Source: an uncultured Candidatus Saccharibacteria bacterium
GTDB lineage: Bacteria; Patescibacteriota; Saccharimonadia; Saccharimonadales; Saccharimonadaceae
Reading direction: 5' to 3'
NCBI GenBank assembly: GCA_947166125.1
Contig: CAMVCW010000004.1
Span: 2,949-66,948, forward strand
DNA length: 64,000 nucleotides
Position numbers and translations under genes: made by a program. Shown in pieces: positions 8,105-16,781 of the stretch. How positions within the stretch are numbered: the first letter of the stretch is position 1; each line of letters begins with the position of its first letter. The notes below the pieces were generated by a model. That model was given only the letters and a program-made list of their open reading frames with translations, had not been told where the DNA came from and did no database searches.

Positions 8105-9934
8105 CTACTCAATAGTCCAGGGGGAGGTGGCGGTGCCAGTACCGCCGGTGACTTGGATGTGATGCATTAAAGAAATCACAGGCCGCACGCCACCATTATT
8201 AGATGAGTAATTATATCCAACACTCCCATCCGTATTTGTAGAATTTATAAAAACACTACCGTCTGTACCTCGTCGCCAGTATGGAGTCATTGTCCAAATC
8301 CTTGAGTTGGAAAAAATATAAAATCTGGTAGAAAAAGTAAGTTCATCGGACGTTAAAAGAGCAATTGGCTTATTGAGCTGCTTATTACCGCCGCTGGCAG
8401 AATTAGTGGAATATAAATCTACGACATTCCGCGAACAAGTAAGCGACGGCGAAGAAACGAGTCCAATTTGATTGCGCAACATCGACCCAAAACGGTATTG
8501 CACTACACCAGACATCGTATCGTTAACATATGGAGCAACAATGCTATCTTGGCTAGTAACGACTGTAGATTCGTTGTAAATACTTCTATCATTGCAATAC
8601 CCAGCGCTAAACTCTAGCCTACTTTCATAACTACTCATCACATTAGGAAACCAAGTATTCTCTAGATAGTCTTTAATGGTAGAATCTGTGCTGTTGCCAG
8701 AATAGTTTTCATTTGTGCCAAATAACACACCATATGAAGTATTCCCATTAGTAGTCTTATAATCACTGTTAAAAGTATAGCCTGTCGTAACAATACTAAA
8801 ACTACCCGTGCCAACATTATTAAAGGCTTTAGTAGTAGTTCGCGCATTCGCTGTTGCATTCGCACAACTCCCAGCTGTAGTAACACCATACATGCCATTG
8901 TAGATCATCTTCACTCCACCAGAGCCAGTGGTTCTCACAATACGCCAACAAGTACCATTGGATAATTTTACGTAGTTTGGCCAAGCATCAGCCTTACCAT
9001 CTGAACCGTAAGTGCCTAGTCCTTCATTTGTGTCTAATATGCCACGGTAAAAATAAATGCTATAGTCATTTGAAGCATCGCTGGCGGCACCGTATACGGT
9101 TGGATCATAAGTATAGACGCCAGAATTAGCTTGGGTGATAGTGTCGGAGAGTTTGACGTTGTTTTCTGCTAGGGTGCCTTTAGTCATATATCTTACTGTA
9201 TCGTATAGCGTAGGTGGCTCTGGATTTGATACGGCATAGAAATTAATAATATTGGTATATTCTCCACTTGGCTGAGTATTGCTAGAATTAGCTGCTATCT
9301 TAAAGTCTATAGTTTTACTATTTGCTGGATTATAGGTAGAGATTAGTTCTGCAGAATGTTCTGTGTCTGAATATACTGGTAAACCACTATATGATTGCCA
9401 AGTAGTGCCATTGTCTTTTGAATAACTATAACCCCAAGTATTAGTGGGGAGATTGTCTTTGTTTGTAATATTAGCACCGTAGGCTAAACTAGCAAATGTT
9501 GCATTGGTGGTAGGAGTAGAAGTGGCGGAAGAAGCGTGAACTAGGTTGGTAGTATTGTAGTTAGTAGTATTACTGCCTACATTAGCCGTGAGGTTATAAC
9601 CATACGCCGTGTTGGCAGCTATGTTTACTGTAATAGTATTACTTTCTACAGCTGTACCTGGTGTAAGATTTGAAATAGTTAAATTATCCGGTGAGATACT
9701 TAGTGAGATGGTAGGGTTAAAAGTAAAACCAATACTAACGTCAGTAGAATAACTTAAAGCGGAAGTATCTAAAACGTTAGATAAACACAAAGTTATGTTT
9801 GCGAAACTTAATATTATGATTGTTAAGCTTAATGTTATGATTTCTTTCTTCCCTGTAAAATGGCTAGTTATGTTCTTTAAATTCAATGTTATGTTTCTAA
9901 CATTTGAACTTATGTTATTTTGATATTGCCGCAT
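8105..9934 (-). CDS. Surface protein: type-alpha N-terminal domain plus DUF6273-like C-terminal domain
   Basis: N-terminal TM/signal; N-domain similar to 51659-53122; C-domain motifs CWRIVRTTGSGGVKMIY, IALLTSDE, GGVRPVISL. Confidence 0.65.
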   Translation of the reverse strand: MRQYQNNISSNVRNITLNLKNITSHFTGKKEIITLSLTIIILSFANITLCLSNVLDTSALSYSTDVSIGFTFNPTISLSISPDNLTISNLTPGTAVESNTITVNIAANTAYGYNLTANVGSNTTNYNTTNLVHASSATSTPTTNATFASLAYGANITNKDNLPTNTWGYSYSKDNGTTWQSYSGLPVYSDTEHSAELISTYNPANSKTIDFKIAANSSNTQPSGEYTNIINFYAVSNPEPPTLYDTVRYMTKGTLAENNVKLSDTITQANSGVYTYDPTVYGAASDASNDYSIYFYRGILDTNEGLGTYGSDGKADAWPNYVKLSNGTCWRIVRTTGSGGVKMIYNGMYGVTTAGSCANATANARTTTKAFNNVGTGSFSIVTTGYTFNSDYKTTNGNTSYGVLFGTNENYSGNSTDSTIKDYLENTWFPNVMSSYESRLEFSAGYCNDRSIYNESTVVTSQDSIVAPYVNDTMSGVVQYRFGSMLRNQIGLVSSPSLTCSRNVVDLYSTNSASGGNKQLNKPIALLTSDELTFSTRFYIFSNSRIWTMTPYWRRGTDGSVFINSTNTDGSVGYNYSSNNGGVRPVISLMHHIQVTGGTGTATSPWTIE

Positions 9935-9974
9935 CCTGTTTTACCTTTTGCCTCGCTTAAAGTTTTATCTCGGT

Positions 9975-10172
9975 TGCGGTGCCATCTTTGTAATATATGA
10001 AAAGGCGTATACAAAAAATGGCACCGCAAGGGGTGCAATAACAAGTCATATACCAGCTTACGCCTACACAGAACTTGGTCCTTACGGTACCATTTAAACT
10101 GTGTAAACGCATATTTAAAAAATGCGGCTGGTTTTTCACCATATGTCTTGTTATTGCATTTTTAGTATAGCA
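9975..10172 (-). ncRNA. Structured 5' leader, copy 1 (undescribed motif)
   Basis: -10 TGCTATACT 10164-10172; P1 10141-10158/10034-10051; box A 10080-10095; box B 10016-10031; box C 9975-9985. Confidence 0.8.
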
Positions 10173-10200
10173 CAATTATTTTGCTTTGTGTGAAAATTGG

Positions 10201-10905
10201 TTATTTCCAAAAAGCTTTGTGGGGGAGGCGGACGTCTATATACTGGAATTCAGTAATTCCCTGGTCCGATAGATAGCGGAGCATACGGTCGGCATCTTCT
10301 ACCGAAACGGCCGTGGGGCGATCTATAAACATTTTTATATAGCCACTGTAGCCATCGAGGTAAAAATCTATTTCACGGACGGCGCCGGCCGGTAATACTG
10401 CCCTGGTTGGTTGATAGCCAAGCGCACGAAAGTCTACTTCGGCCTGGCCGATATAATCTTTCATGCGACTAGTGATTTTACCACTGGTGGCGGCAGCATC
10501 TTCGTCTACCACTTCGATAGTGGGTTGATAGGTAGGCTCTGGCTCTTCTACTATAAGCTGATCTTCCCCGCTCCGAAAGAAAACAAAATATATTGCCGCC
10601 AGAATAGCTACCAAAACAATAAAACCGAAACTCACGAAAAAAACTCGTAGATGACTTTTGCGCTTATCTTTCTGGCGGGCAAGTTCGCGTTCGTTGGCGG
10701 TCTCGAGTTTTTCCCTTTGTTCGCCGATGGTGCGGCCAGCACGCAAAGTAGAGTGGCGATTAGCGCTACGCCTAGCTAATACAAGCTCATTTTCACTAGA
10801 AAACGGGGCGCGCCCGTCCGGCCCGTCGCCACGGGCGGACGACGCTACTCCTCGGCTTGCCAGCCTCCGGACCCCCTTTTTTCTAGTAAAAATTTGCTTG
10901 CCCAC
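10201..10905 (-). CDS. ftsQ: FtsQ/DivIB-like cell division protein
   Basis: Last gene of the dcw cluster; single TM helix; C-terminal YIDVRLPHKAFWK motif; GTG start with SD AAAGGAG. Confidence 0.65.
   Translation of the reverse strand: MGKQIFTRKKGVRRLASRGVASSARGDGPDGRAPFSSENELVLARRSANRHSTLRAGRTIGEQREKLETANERELARQKDKRKSHLRVFFVSFGFIVLVAILAAIYFVFFRSGEDQLIVEEPEPTYQPTIEVVDEDAAATSGKITSRMKDYIGQAEVDFRALGYQPTRAVLPAGAVREIDFYLDGYSGYIKMFIDRPTAVSVEDADRMLRYLSDQGITEFQYIDVRLPHKAFWK
10790..10891. repeat. Palindromic repeat element inside the ftsQ coding sequence
   Basis: Terminal stem ttttcactagaaaa/ttttctagtaaaa; inner hairpin gtccggcccgtcgccacgggcggac homologous to the elements at 19322 and 59983. Confidence 0.55.
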
Positions 10906-10915
10906 CTAAACTCCT

Positions 10916-12151
10916 TTACGCCTCTTCCAAAATTATTTCGGCTAGGCGCTTGGCTGCATCAGAACGAGCTTCTTTGGCGAGGTAATCGGCCATATCAGCG
11001 CGAAGACGTGGAGATTTAACTAGGTGACGAATTTCTTCCAATAACTTATTAGGGTCAGCCATCATGTCGGCATCTTTGATGACCAGGGCGGCCTTAGCCT
11101 GTTCTAATCTCTCGGCGTTTTTGACTTGGTGACCGCCGGGCAAACGCTCAAATGGTACTAAAATGGTAGCTTTTTTGAGCGAGGCCATTTCTGCAATAGT
11201 AGTAGCGCCGGCGCGAGAAACCACTACATCGGCAGCGCCCATTAGTTCATTCATGGTGGTATTGAATTCCCACATACGAAAATTGGATTCTAGACTAGCT
11301 TTTTCCCAGTTTTCATATTTTTTGAGATCGACCATATTTTCGTAATGTTTGCGACCGGCAACCAAGCCAACGGAAGTAAATTTTAATAATTCTGGTAAGA
11401 TTTGGCGAGTGGCTTCGTTAAGGTTTTCTGAACCTTGGGAGCCGCCAGTAATTACCACTAAAGGTTTTTCAGCATTGAAAGAAAAGGCTTTTTTGAGCGA
11501 AAGTTGCTTGGCTGGGCTGACCGGCTTGAACTCTGAGCCAACTGGTATGCCGGTCCAGACGTAATTTGGATGCTTTTCTAGCATCTCTTTGGATAAAGGC
11601 ATTCCGAAGGCGACTTTTTTGGCCTTGCGCATGAGTAAGCGATTAGCTAGGCCTGCTACTACATCAGATTCGTGGATAATGTAAGGGATACGGAAAAGGC
11701 GTGCAATCAGGCCAACTGGCAAGCAAACATATCCACCTTTAAGAAAAATAATGTCAGGCCGGGAGGATTTCCTGATGAGCCGGAAAAATGCAGTAAAAAT
11801 GCCAAAAATAAAACCGAAGAAGCCAATAATATTGCCAAAGATTAAATCTTTTAGCGTGATATCTAGATGTACGAAATAATCTTTAAAAGACCAACCCGAA
11901 TAACGATGGAATTTCCCTGCCGGGATGCGGCGCACGCGAATGTATGGGCCCTTGCCGCGGTGTTCGGATTTGTTTTCTTCGCCCCAAGAAACACCGATTT
12001 CGGTGGTGAGTTTGGTGACGTTTTTATAATATTTGAAATCAGTCCAAAATTCTACACCTGTACGGGGTTTTTGACTGATAATTTCACGAACTACGGCGAC
12101 CGCTGGAGTGATGTGCCCCCCGGACCCCCCGCCGACTACTAATATCTTCAT
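10916..12151 (-). CDS. murG: UDP-GlcNAc:lipid I GlcNAc transferase
   Basis: GGGSGGHITP, GGSQGS and SRAGATT motifs; dcw context. Confidence 0.95.
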   Translation of the reverse strand: MKILVVGGGSGGHITPAVAVVREIISQKPRTGVEFWTDFKYYKNVTKLTTEIGVSWGEENKSEHRGKGPYIRVRRIPAGKFHRYSGWSFKDYFVHLDITLKDLIFGNIIGFFGFIFGIFTAFFRLIRKSSRPDIIFLKGGYVCLPVGLIARLFRIPYIIHESDVVAGLANRLLMRKAKKVAFGMPLSKEMLEKHPNYVWTGIPVGSEFKPVSPAKQLSLKKAFSFNAEKPLVVITGGSQGSENLNEATRQILPELLKFTSVGLVAGRKHYENMVDLKKYENWEKASLESNFRMWEFNTTMNELMGAADVVVSRAGATTIAEMASLKKATILVPFERLPGGHQVKNAERLEQAKAALVIKDADMMADPNKLLEEIRHLVKSPRLRADMADYLAKEARSDAAKRLAEIILEEA

Positions 12152-13316
12152 TTCTAGTTACCTCTCTACTAGTATAACATGAAAGTTGGCAAACTTCACC
12201 AATAGCAAAAGCAATAAAGATCATGCTGGTGCCACCATATGAAAGAAGCGGTAGGGTGATACCAGTAACCGGCACGAGACTGGTCATTGCCATGATATTA
12301 ACTACTACCTGTGCTAAAGTCCAAGAGAAAACACCAATGACAAGTAGGCGATTATCGAAATCGGCAGTGCCTTCGGCGACTTTGAGCATGCGAAGCAGTA
12401 TGACGCCAAAAATAGCGATAATAATAAATAGCCCGATGAAACCAAAGGTTTCGCCCATGATAGCAAAAACGGAGTCGTTGATAGATTCTGGCAAATAGCC
12501 GGTAGCCTGAACAGAATTTCCTACTCCCACGCCGAACATACCGCCAGTACCAATAGCTAACATGGCGTTTTCTACGTGGTAGGTAGAGTCGGTACTTTCT
12601 CCGCCAGTGAGAGTAGTGAGCCAAGCATCTACACGCTGCATACGGTGAGAAGACGTAATGACAGAACCAACTGCTACAGCCAACACTACGGCTAGCATAA
12701 TGAGATATTGCCGAGCTGGTACGCCAGAAATAAGTAGAGTGCCAAAAATGATAGAGATAAGGGCTACGCCGGTACCGAGATCACCCTGGGCAATCACAAC
12801 AAGAAATAGCGATAGGCCACAGACGATAAGTAGCGGTAGCCAAAATTCACGCCATTTGCCAATTACGCCCTCTTCCCTCTTGCGGGAAAGAAAATCTGCC
12901 AGATATATCACCATGGCAAGCTTTAAAAGTTCTGCTGGCTGAAAACTGAGCCCACCAAAATTGAACCAACGACATTCGCCAAGCTCACATTTGACGAGTG
13001 ATGAATGCATCATAGCCAAAATCCAAAGCAAACCAGATAGAATTAGCGAAATAATCATCAAGGGTTTAGCAAATTTCTTGACATATCTGTATGGTATCCA
13101 TTTGAAAGCGGCAAAAAAAGCTAAAAGCGAAAGACCAACAGAACGAAGCTGCCCGATAAAGAAGAAGTTTGGATCATAATCTGTACCGTAGGTATTATTT
13201 AAAACGTTGGCGCGCATGGGGCCGATGGCGTAAATCACAATGAGGCCAAGCGCCATTAATCCTAACGTGGCAAATAAAATCACGAGATCAGATTTGTGTT
13301 TTCTGATAGTGGGCAT
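12084..13316 (-). CDS. ftsW: SEDS peptidoglycan polymerase FtsW
   Basis: SFQPAELLK, DLGT, TGITLPLLSYGGTS; start placed at the TAATG overlap with mraY. Confidence 0.9.
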   Translation of the reverse strand: MPTIRKHKSDLVILFATLGLMALGLIVIYAIGPMRANVLNNTYGTDYDPNFFFIGQLRSVGLSLLAFFAAFKWIPYRYVKKFAKPLMIISLILSGLLWILAMMHSSLVKCELGECRWFNFGGLSFQPAELLKLAMVIYLADFLSRKREEGVIGKWREFWLPLLIVCGLSLFLVVIAQGDLGTGVALISIIFGTLLISGVPARQYLIMLAVVLAVAVGSVITSSHRMQRVDAWLTTLTGGESTDSTYHVENAMLAIGTGGMFGVGVGNSVQATGYLPESINDSVFAIMGETFGFIGLFIIIAIFGVILLRMLKVAEGTADFDNRLLVIGVFSWTLAQVVVNIMAMTSLVPVTGITLPLLSYGGTSMIFIAFAIGEVCQLSCYTSREVTRNEDISSRRGVRGAHHSSGRRSS

Positions 13317-14341
13317 TAAATAGCGCCTCCGGTGGCTGCGATAAACACGCCCAAGATAGCACAGACGCCAGCCACAATCCAAAAGCGCATCACGATTTTA
13401 GCCTCGCCCCAACCTAGAGCTTCTAGATGGTGATGGAGTGGTGCAGAGATAAAGATTTTCTTATGAAAGACTTTTTTGGAGAAAAGCTGAATTAAGCTAG
13501 AGCCAGCCTCTACTACGAAAGGCAAGCCGATCACTGGCAAGAGTAAGAACGAATTTGTCATCATAGAAACAACGCCAAGGCCTGCGCCCAAAGCAAAAGA
13601 GCCGGTATCTCCCATCATGAAACGAGCAGGTGGCACATTGAACCAGATGTAGCTGAGTAGCCACCCTACTACCGTAAGACAAAAGCCAAAGAGCATAATA
13701 TTACCCTGGAAAAGCGCAATAACGCCATAAGCGCCGTAGGCCATCATAGCGAGTCCACCAGAAAGACCGTCTAAGCCATCTGAAATATTAACCGCATTGG
13801 AAGTGGCTACCACGGCAAAAGCGAAAATTAGCATCACCCATACGGCGCCGATTTGGAAATCACCCACAAATGGTACTAGAATGTCTGTCCAACCGAGCTT
13901 GAAGGTAAAAAACCAACCGAGTGCTAGACCGACAGCTGAAATTAGGAAGAATTTCACTGGACCACGAAGGCCCGCCGCGCCTTTACCAGAACCAAAAACA
14001 TTAATCAAATCATCGATCATGCCAACCGCAGCACCACCCAAAAAACCGGCTAACGGCAACCAAGTTTGACCACGATCCAAATTAAAAATACAGGTAACCG
14101 CCGTGACTGCAACTATACCAATAAGCCCCGCCATGGTCGGAAAAACACGTTGAAACTTGTGTGCATGGAGCTTGGTCATGATTGGCAATTCCTTGCCGTC
14201 CACGGTGGTTTGTTTTTGCTTTTTCCAGAATTTATATTTGTAAGCAAAGTGGGTATAAATTGGTGTCAAAAACATGGCGAAGAAGAATCCCGCTACTGCC
14301 AGTAATAATCCATAAAATACTTCGTTATCTATTTGGTTCAT
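13316..14341 (-). CDS. mraY: Phospho-MurNAc-pentapeptide translocase
   Basis: NAVNISDGLDGL, FMMGDTGS, APLHHHLE motifs. Confidence 0.95.
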   Translation of the reverse strand: MNQIDNEVFYGLLLAVAGFFFAMFLTPIYTHFAYKYKFWKKQKQTTVDGKELPIMTKLHAHKFQRVFPTMAGLIGIVAVTAVTCIFNLDRGQTWLPLAGFLGGAAVGMIDDLINVFGSGKGAAGLRGPVKFFLISAVGLALGWFFTFKLGWTDILVPFVGDFQIGAVWVMLIFAFAVVATSNAVNISDGLDGLSGGLAMMAYGAYGVIALFQGNIMLFGFCLTVVGWLLSYIWFNVPPARFMMGDTGSFALGAGLGVVSMMTNSFLLLPVIGLPFVVEAGSSLIQLFSKKVFHKKIFISAPLHHHLEALGWGEAKIVMRFWIVAGVCAILGVFIAATGGAI

Positions 14342-14347
14342 AAAATA

Positions 14348-16132
14348 TTATGCCTTTGGTGGTATCTTTAAATAATTAATCGCGTAATTTGATATTTTAT
14401 CAAACAAATTCATCGCATCGCCACTTTCGATGCTTTGACCCTCTCCCCACATTTTAACCATTATCACGTATTTTGGCAACTCCCCCTCCGGACCGACAAA
14501 GCCAATATAGGAGCCAATAAGTTCGGCAAAAGTATCGTCATAGGCACCGTTTCGTACCACCTGAGCCGTACCAGATTTGCCACCTATGGCGTAGCCTGGT
14601 TTATCTATACCGCCACGCACTTTATAATTACGATTATAAATAAGCATATCACGCATAGCGGCACTAGTTTCATCGGAAAGGATTTTATCTTCTATGGCTT
14701 CGGTGTGGGACTTTTCAACTAGTTCCCCATTTTCCATGGTGCCTTTTACGATAAATGGCGTACGATAATAGCCACCGTTGACTACCGCTGAAAAAGCCGT
14801 AGCCGTCTGAATCATGGTGATACCAAGGTTCTGGCCAAAGGTCATATTGGCATAGACCGAATCACGGCCCCAACCCTCGTTGGGATCCGGGATAAAACCT
14901 TCGGCTTCAATAAGCTCAATGCCGCTAATTTGGCCTAGACGAAACTTATTGTAATAGTAATCGTAAAGTTTTTCACGGCCCTGCTGGGTGATTTCGCTAG
15001 CACTCCCGCCAAGCAACCTGAGAGCCTGAATCGATCCAGTATTAAGTGACCAATAAAGGGCGGTCTTCATGTTGATAGTGCCGTAAATTGAGGCGCGCTG
15101 TTCGGCATTTTGGATTTTCCAACCGTCTACCGTAGTGTAGCCTTCATTAAAATATGTAGTATCGGCCGTCATGGCGCCTTCGTTAAGGGCGGCTGAAAAA
15201 GCAAAACTTTTACAAATAGAGGCTGGTTCGTATGGCACCTCGGTGGTGTAATTAATATAAGCCGATGCATCTTTGACATTGCCATAATCGCTAGGATTAT
15301 AATTTGGCAAATTTGCCATAGTGAGGACCTCACCAGTATTTGGATCCATAATAAGTACAGACGCATTGGTAGCGGCAGTATTATTAATGGCGTCTACGGC
15401 GATTTCTTCTACACCTTTTTGCAAACCGCGATCTACGGATAATACTACATTTTTACCATCTTCCGCAGGGATTTTAACGTTATCTTTGCCGATGGAGAGA
15501 GCTACTTTATTGACATCGGCGGTAGCCTTAAGCAAACCATCTTTACCAGATAGTGCGTCGTTAAGTGAACCTTCTACGCCATACTGACCAAGACCATCCG
15601 CGTTAACAAAGCCAAGCAAACCAGAAGCTAAATCGCCCTCCGGATAAACGCGTTGGTTGTTTTTCTTAAACCAAACTGCGCCAAGATTTTCTGCCGCAAT
15701 TTTATCGGCGGCCTCGCGCGGCACGTTCTTAGCAACAATAGAATAGCGCAAACCTTCAGTATTATATATATCGTCTATATTCACTGCAATATAATCCTTG
15801 GCATAGGTTTCTAAGGCGTGCTTAATTCCCTCTTTTTCTGTAACGGCTGGGTCGATAATGATTTGGTAGGTGGTTTGGTTGAGCGCTACCGCTACCGGCT
15901 CGTCTTCGTCCATCATATAAATTTCGCCACGTTTAGCTGTAATGGTCTCTAGCAAAGTGTGAGCCTCATCGGCTTTGGCTACCCAGGCGTTGTGTTCGAT
16001 AATTTGGATAAAAAATAGCCGTAGCAAAATAATACCTAAGGCTATCAAAACGACATTTTTCAAAATTTTAATCCGGTGAGAAGTAGAAGCAGCCGGATTG
16101 GTCACCAAATGTTGGTAATTAGTCCGCGACAT
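14348..16132 (-). CDS. ftsI: Class B penicillin-binding protein (FtsI/PBP2-like)
   Basis: YEPASICK (SxxK), SLN (SxN), GGKSGTAQ (KS/TG); start inferred at the Met at 16132. Confidence 0.85.
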   Translation of the reverse strand: MSRTNYQHLVTNPAASTSHRIKILKNVVLIALGIILLRLFFIQIIEHNAWVAKADEAHTLLETITAKRGEIYMMDEDEPVAVALNQTTYQIIIDPAVTEKEGIKHALETYAKDYIAVNIDDIYNTEGLRYSIVAKNVPREAADKIAAENLGAVWFKKNNQRVYPEGDLASGLLGFVNADGLGQYGVEGSLNDALSGKDGLLKATADVNKVALSIGKDNVKIPAEDGKNVVLSVDRGLQKGVEEIAVDAINNTAATNASVLIMDPNTGEVLTMANLPNYNPSDYGNVKDASAYINYTTEVPYEPASICKSFAFSAALNEGAMTADTTYFNEGYTTVDGWKIQNAEQRASIYGTINMKTALYWSLNTGSIQALRLLGGSASEITQQGREKLYDYYYNKFRLGQISGIELIEAEGFIPDPNEGWGRDSVYANMTFGQNLGITMIQTATAFSAVVNGGYYRTPFIVKGTMENGELVEKSHTEAIEDKILSDETSAAMRDMLIYNRNYKVRGGIDKPGYAIGGKSGTAQVVRNGAYDDTFAELIGSYIGFVGPEGELPKYVIMVKMWGEGQSIESGDAMNLFDKISNYAINYLKIPPKA

Positions 16133-16460
16133 ACCCCGCAACCGTGGCATCTTCCATAGCCGCAGCAACGGTGCTGTTTTTCGCCGTAGCAACAGAGTTT
16201 AGACGCGCTTTTTCTACTGCAAGATCATCTTTTTTTGCATTCATTTCAGTAATTTCATCTTCAACTTTAGAGATTTCGTAATCAAAACTGGTAGCCTTAG
16301 TGCTTTCGGCTACATAAATAAGTCCAAAAATGAGGGTAAGCATGCTAACTATTACAATTTGAGAAATTGAGCCTAGGCTCCTTTTGGTGTGACGAACGGT
16401 ATTGTGATTACGGGCAAAACTGTTTCCTGCATTTCGCCTAGTTGTATATGTTTGGTGCAT
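16119..16460 (-). CDS. ftsL: FtsL-like protein
   Basis: Basic N-terminus, one TM helix, coiled coil; between rsmH and ftsI; SD GCGAGG. Confidence 0.7.
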   Translation of the reverse strand: MHQTYTTRRNAGNSFARNHNTVRHTKRSLGSISQIVIVSMLTLIFGLIYVAESTKATSFDYEISKVEDEITEMNAKKDDLAVEKARLNSVATAKNSTVAAAMEDATVAGYVAD

Positions 16461-16685
16461 TTTTCCTCGCTGATGTTTGTTTTTGTTTTATTTTCTAACT
16501 CTTTAACCTTGTCTTAGTCCGGGAACTTCTTGGCCAGGCAGAGCTATAAGTAACCTGGTAAGAGTTCCCGGGAAGGTCATACACTTCACACTCTCTGTGA
16601 AACTCTATTTTGGCGGGCTTTTATCGCCCATAGCGCTAATCACGGAATCCGGGTAGAGGTTAAGCACTCTACCCGGGAAGGGAGA

Positions 16686-16751
16686 CTAGCGGAAATTTAC
16701 CTTAACTTTTTGAGCGCGAGATTTGTTCGCGACGATGATTTGTTTTGGCAT
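16686..16751 (-). CDS. Unannotated 21-aa basic peptide MPKQIIVANKSRAQKVKVNFR
   Basis: Strong SD AAAAAAGGAGG directly upstream of the ATG, inside the rsmH-ftsL gap. Confidence 0.5.
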   Translation of the reverse strand: MPKQIIVANKSRAQKVKVNFR

Positions 16752-16781
16752 GTTGCCTCCTTTTTTATGTTTTTATTTTTA

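Noticed and set aside
10016-10095. Leader boxes read as a mini-CRISPR or integron attC site
   Set aside because: The boxes are inverted rather than direct repeats, the intervening sequence pairs with upstream sequence, there are no RYYYAAC/GTTRRRY ends, and there is no cas or intI gene.
9957-10175. 72-aa ORF across leader copy 1 as a leader peptide
   Set aside because: It starts inside the -10 box and the frame is not conserved in the other three copies.
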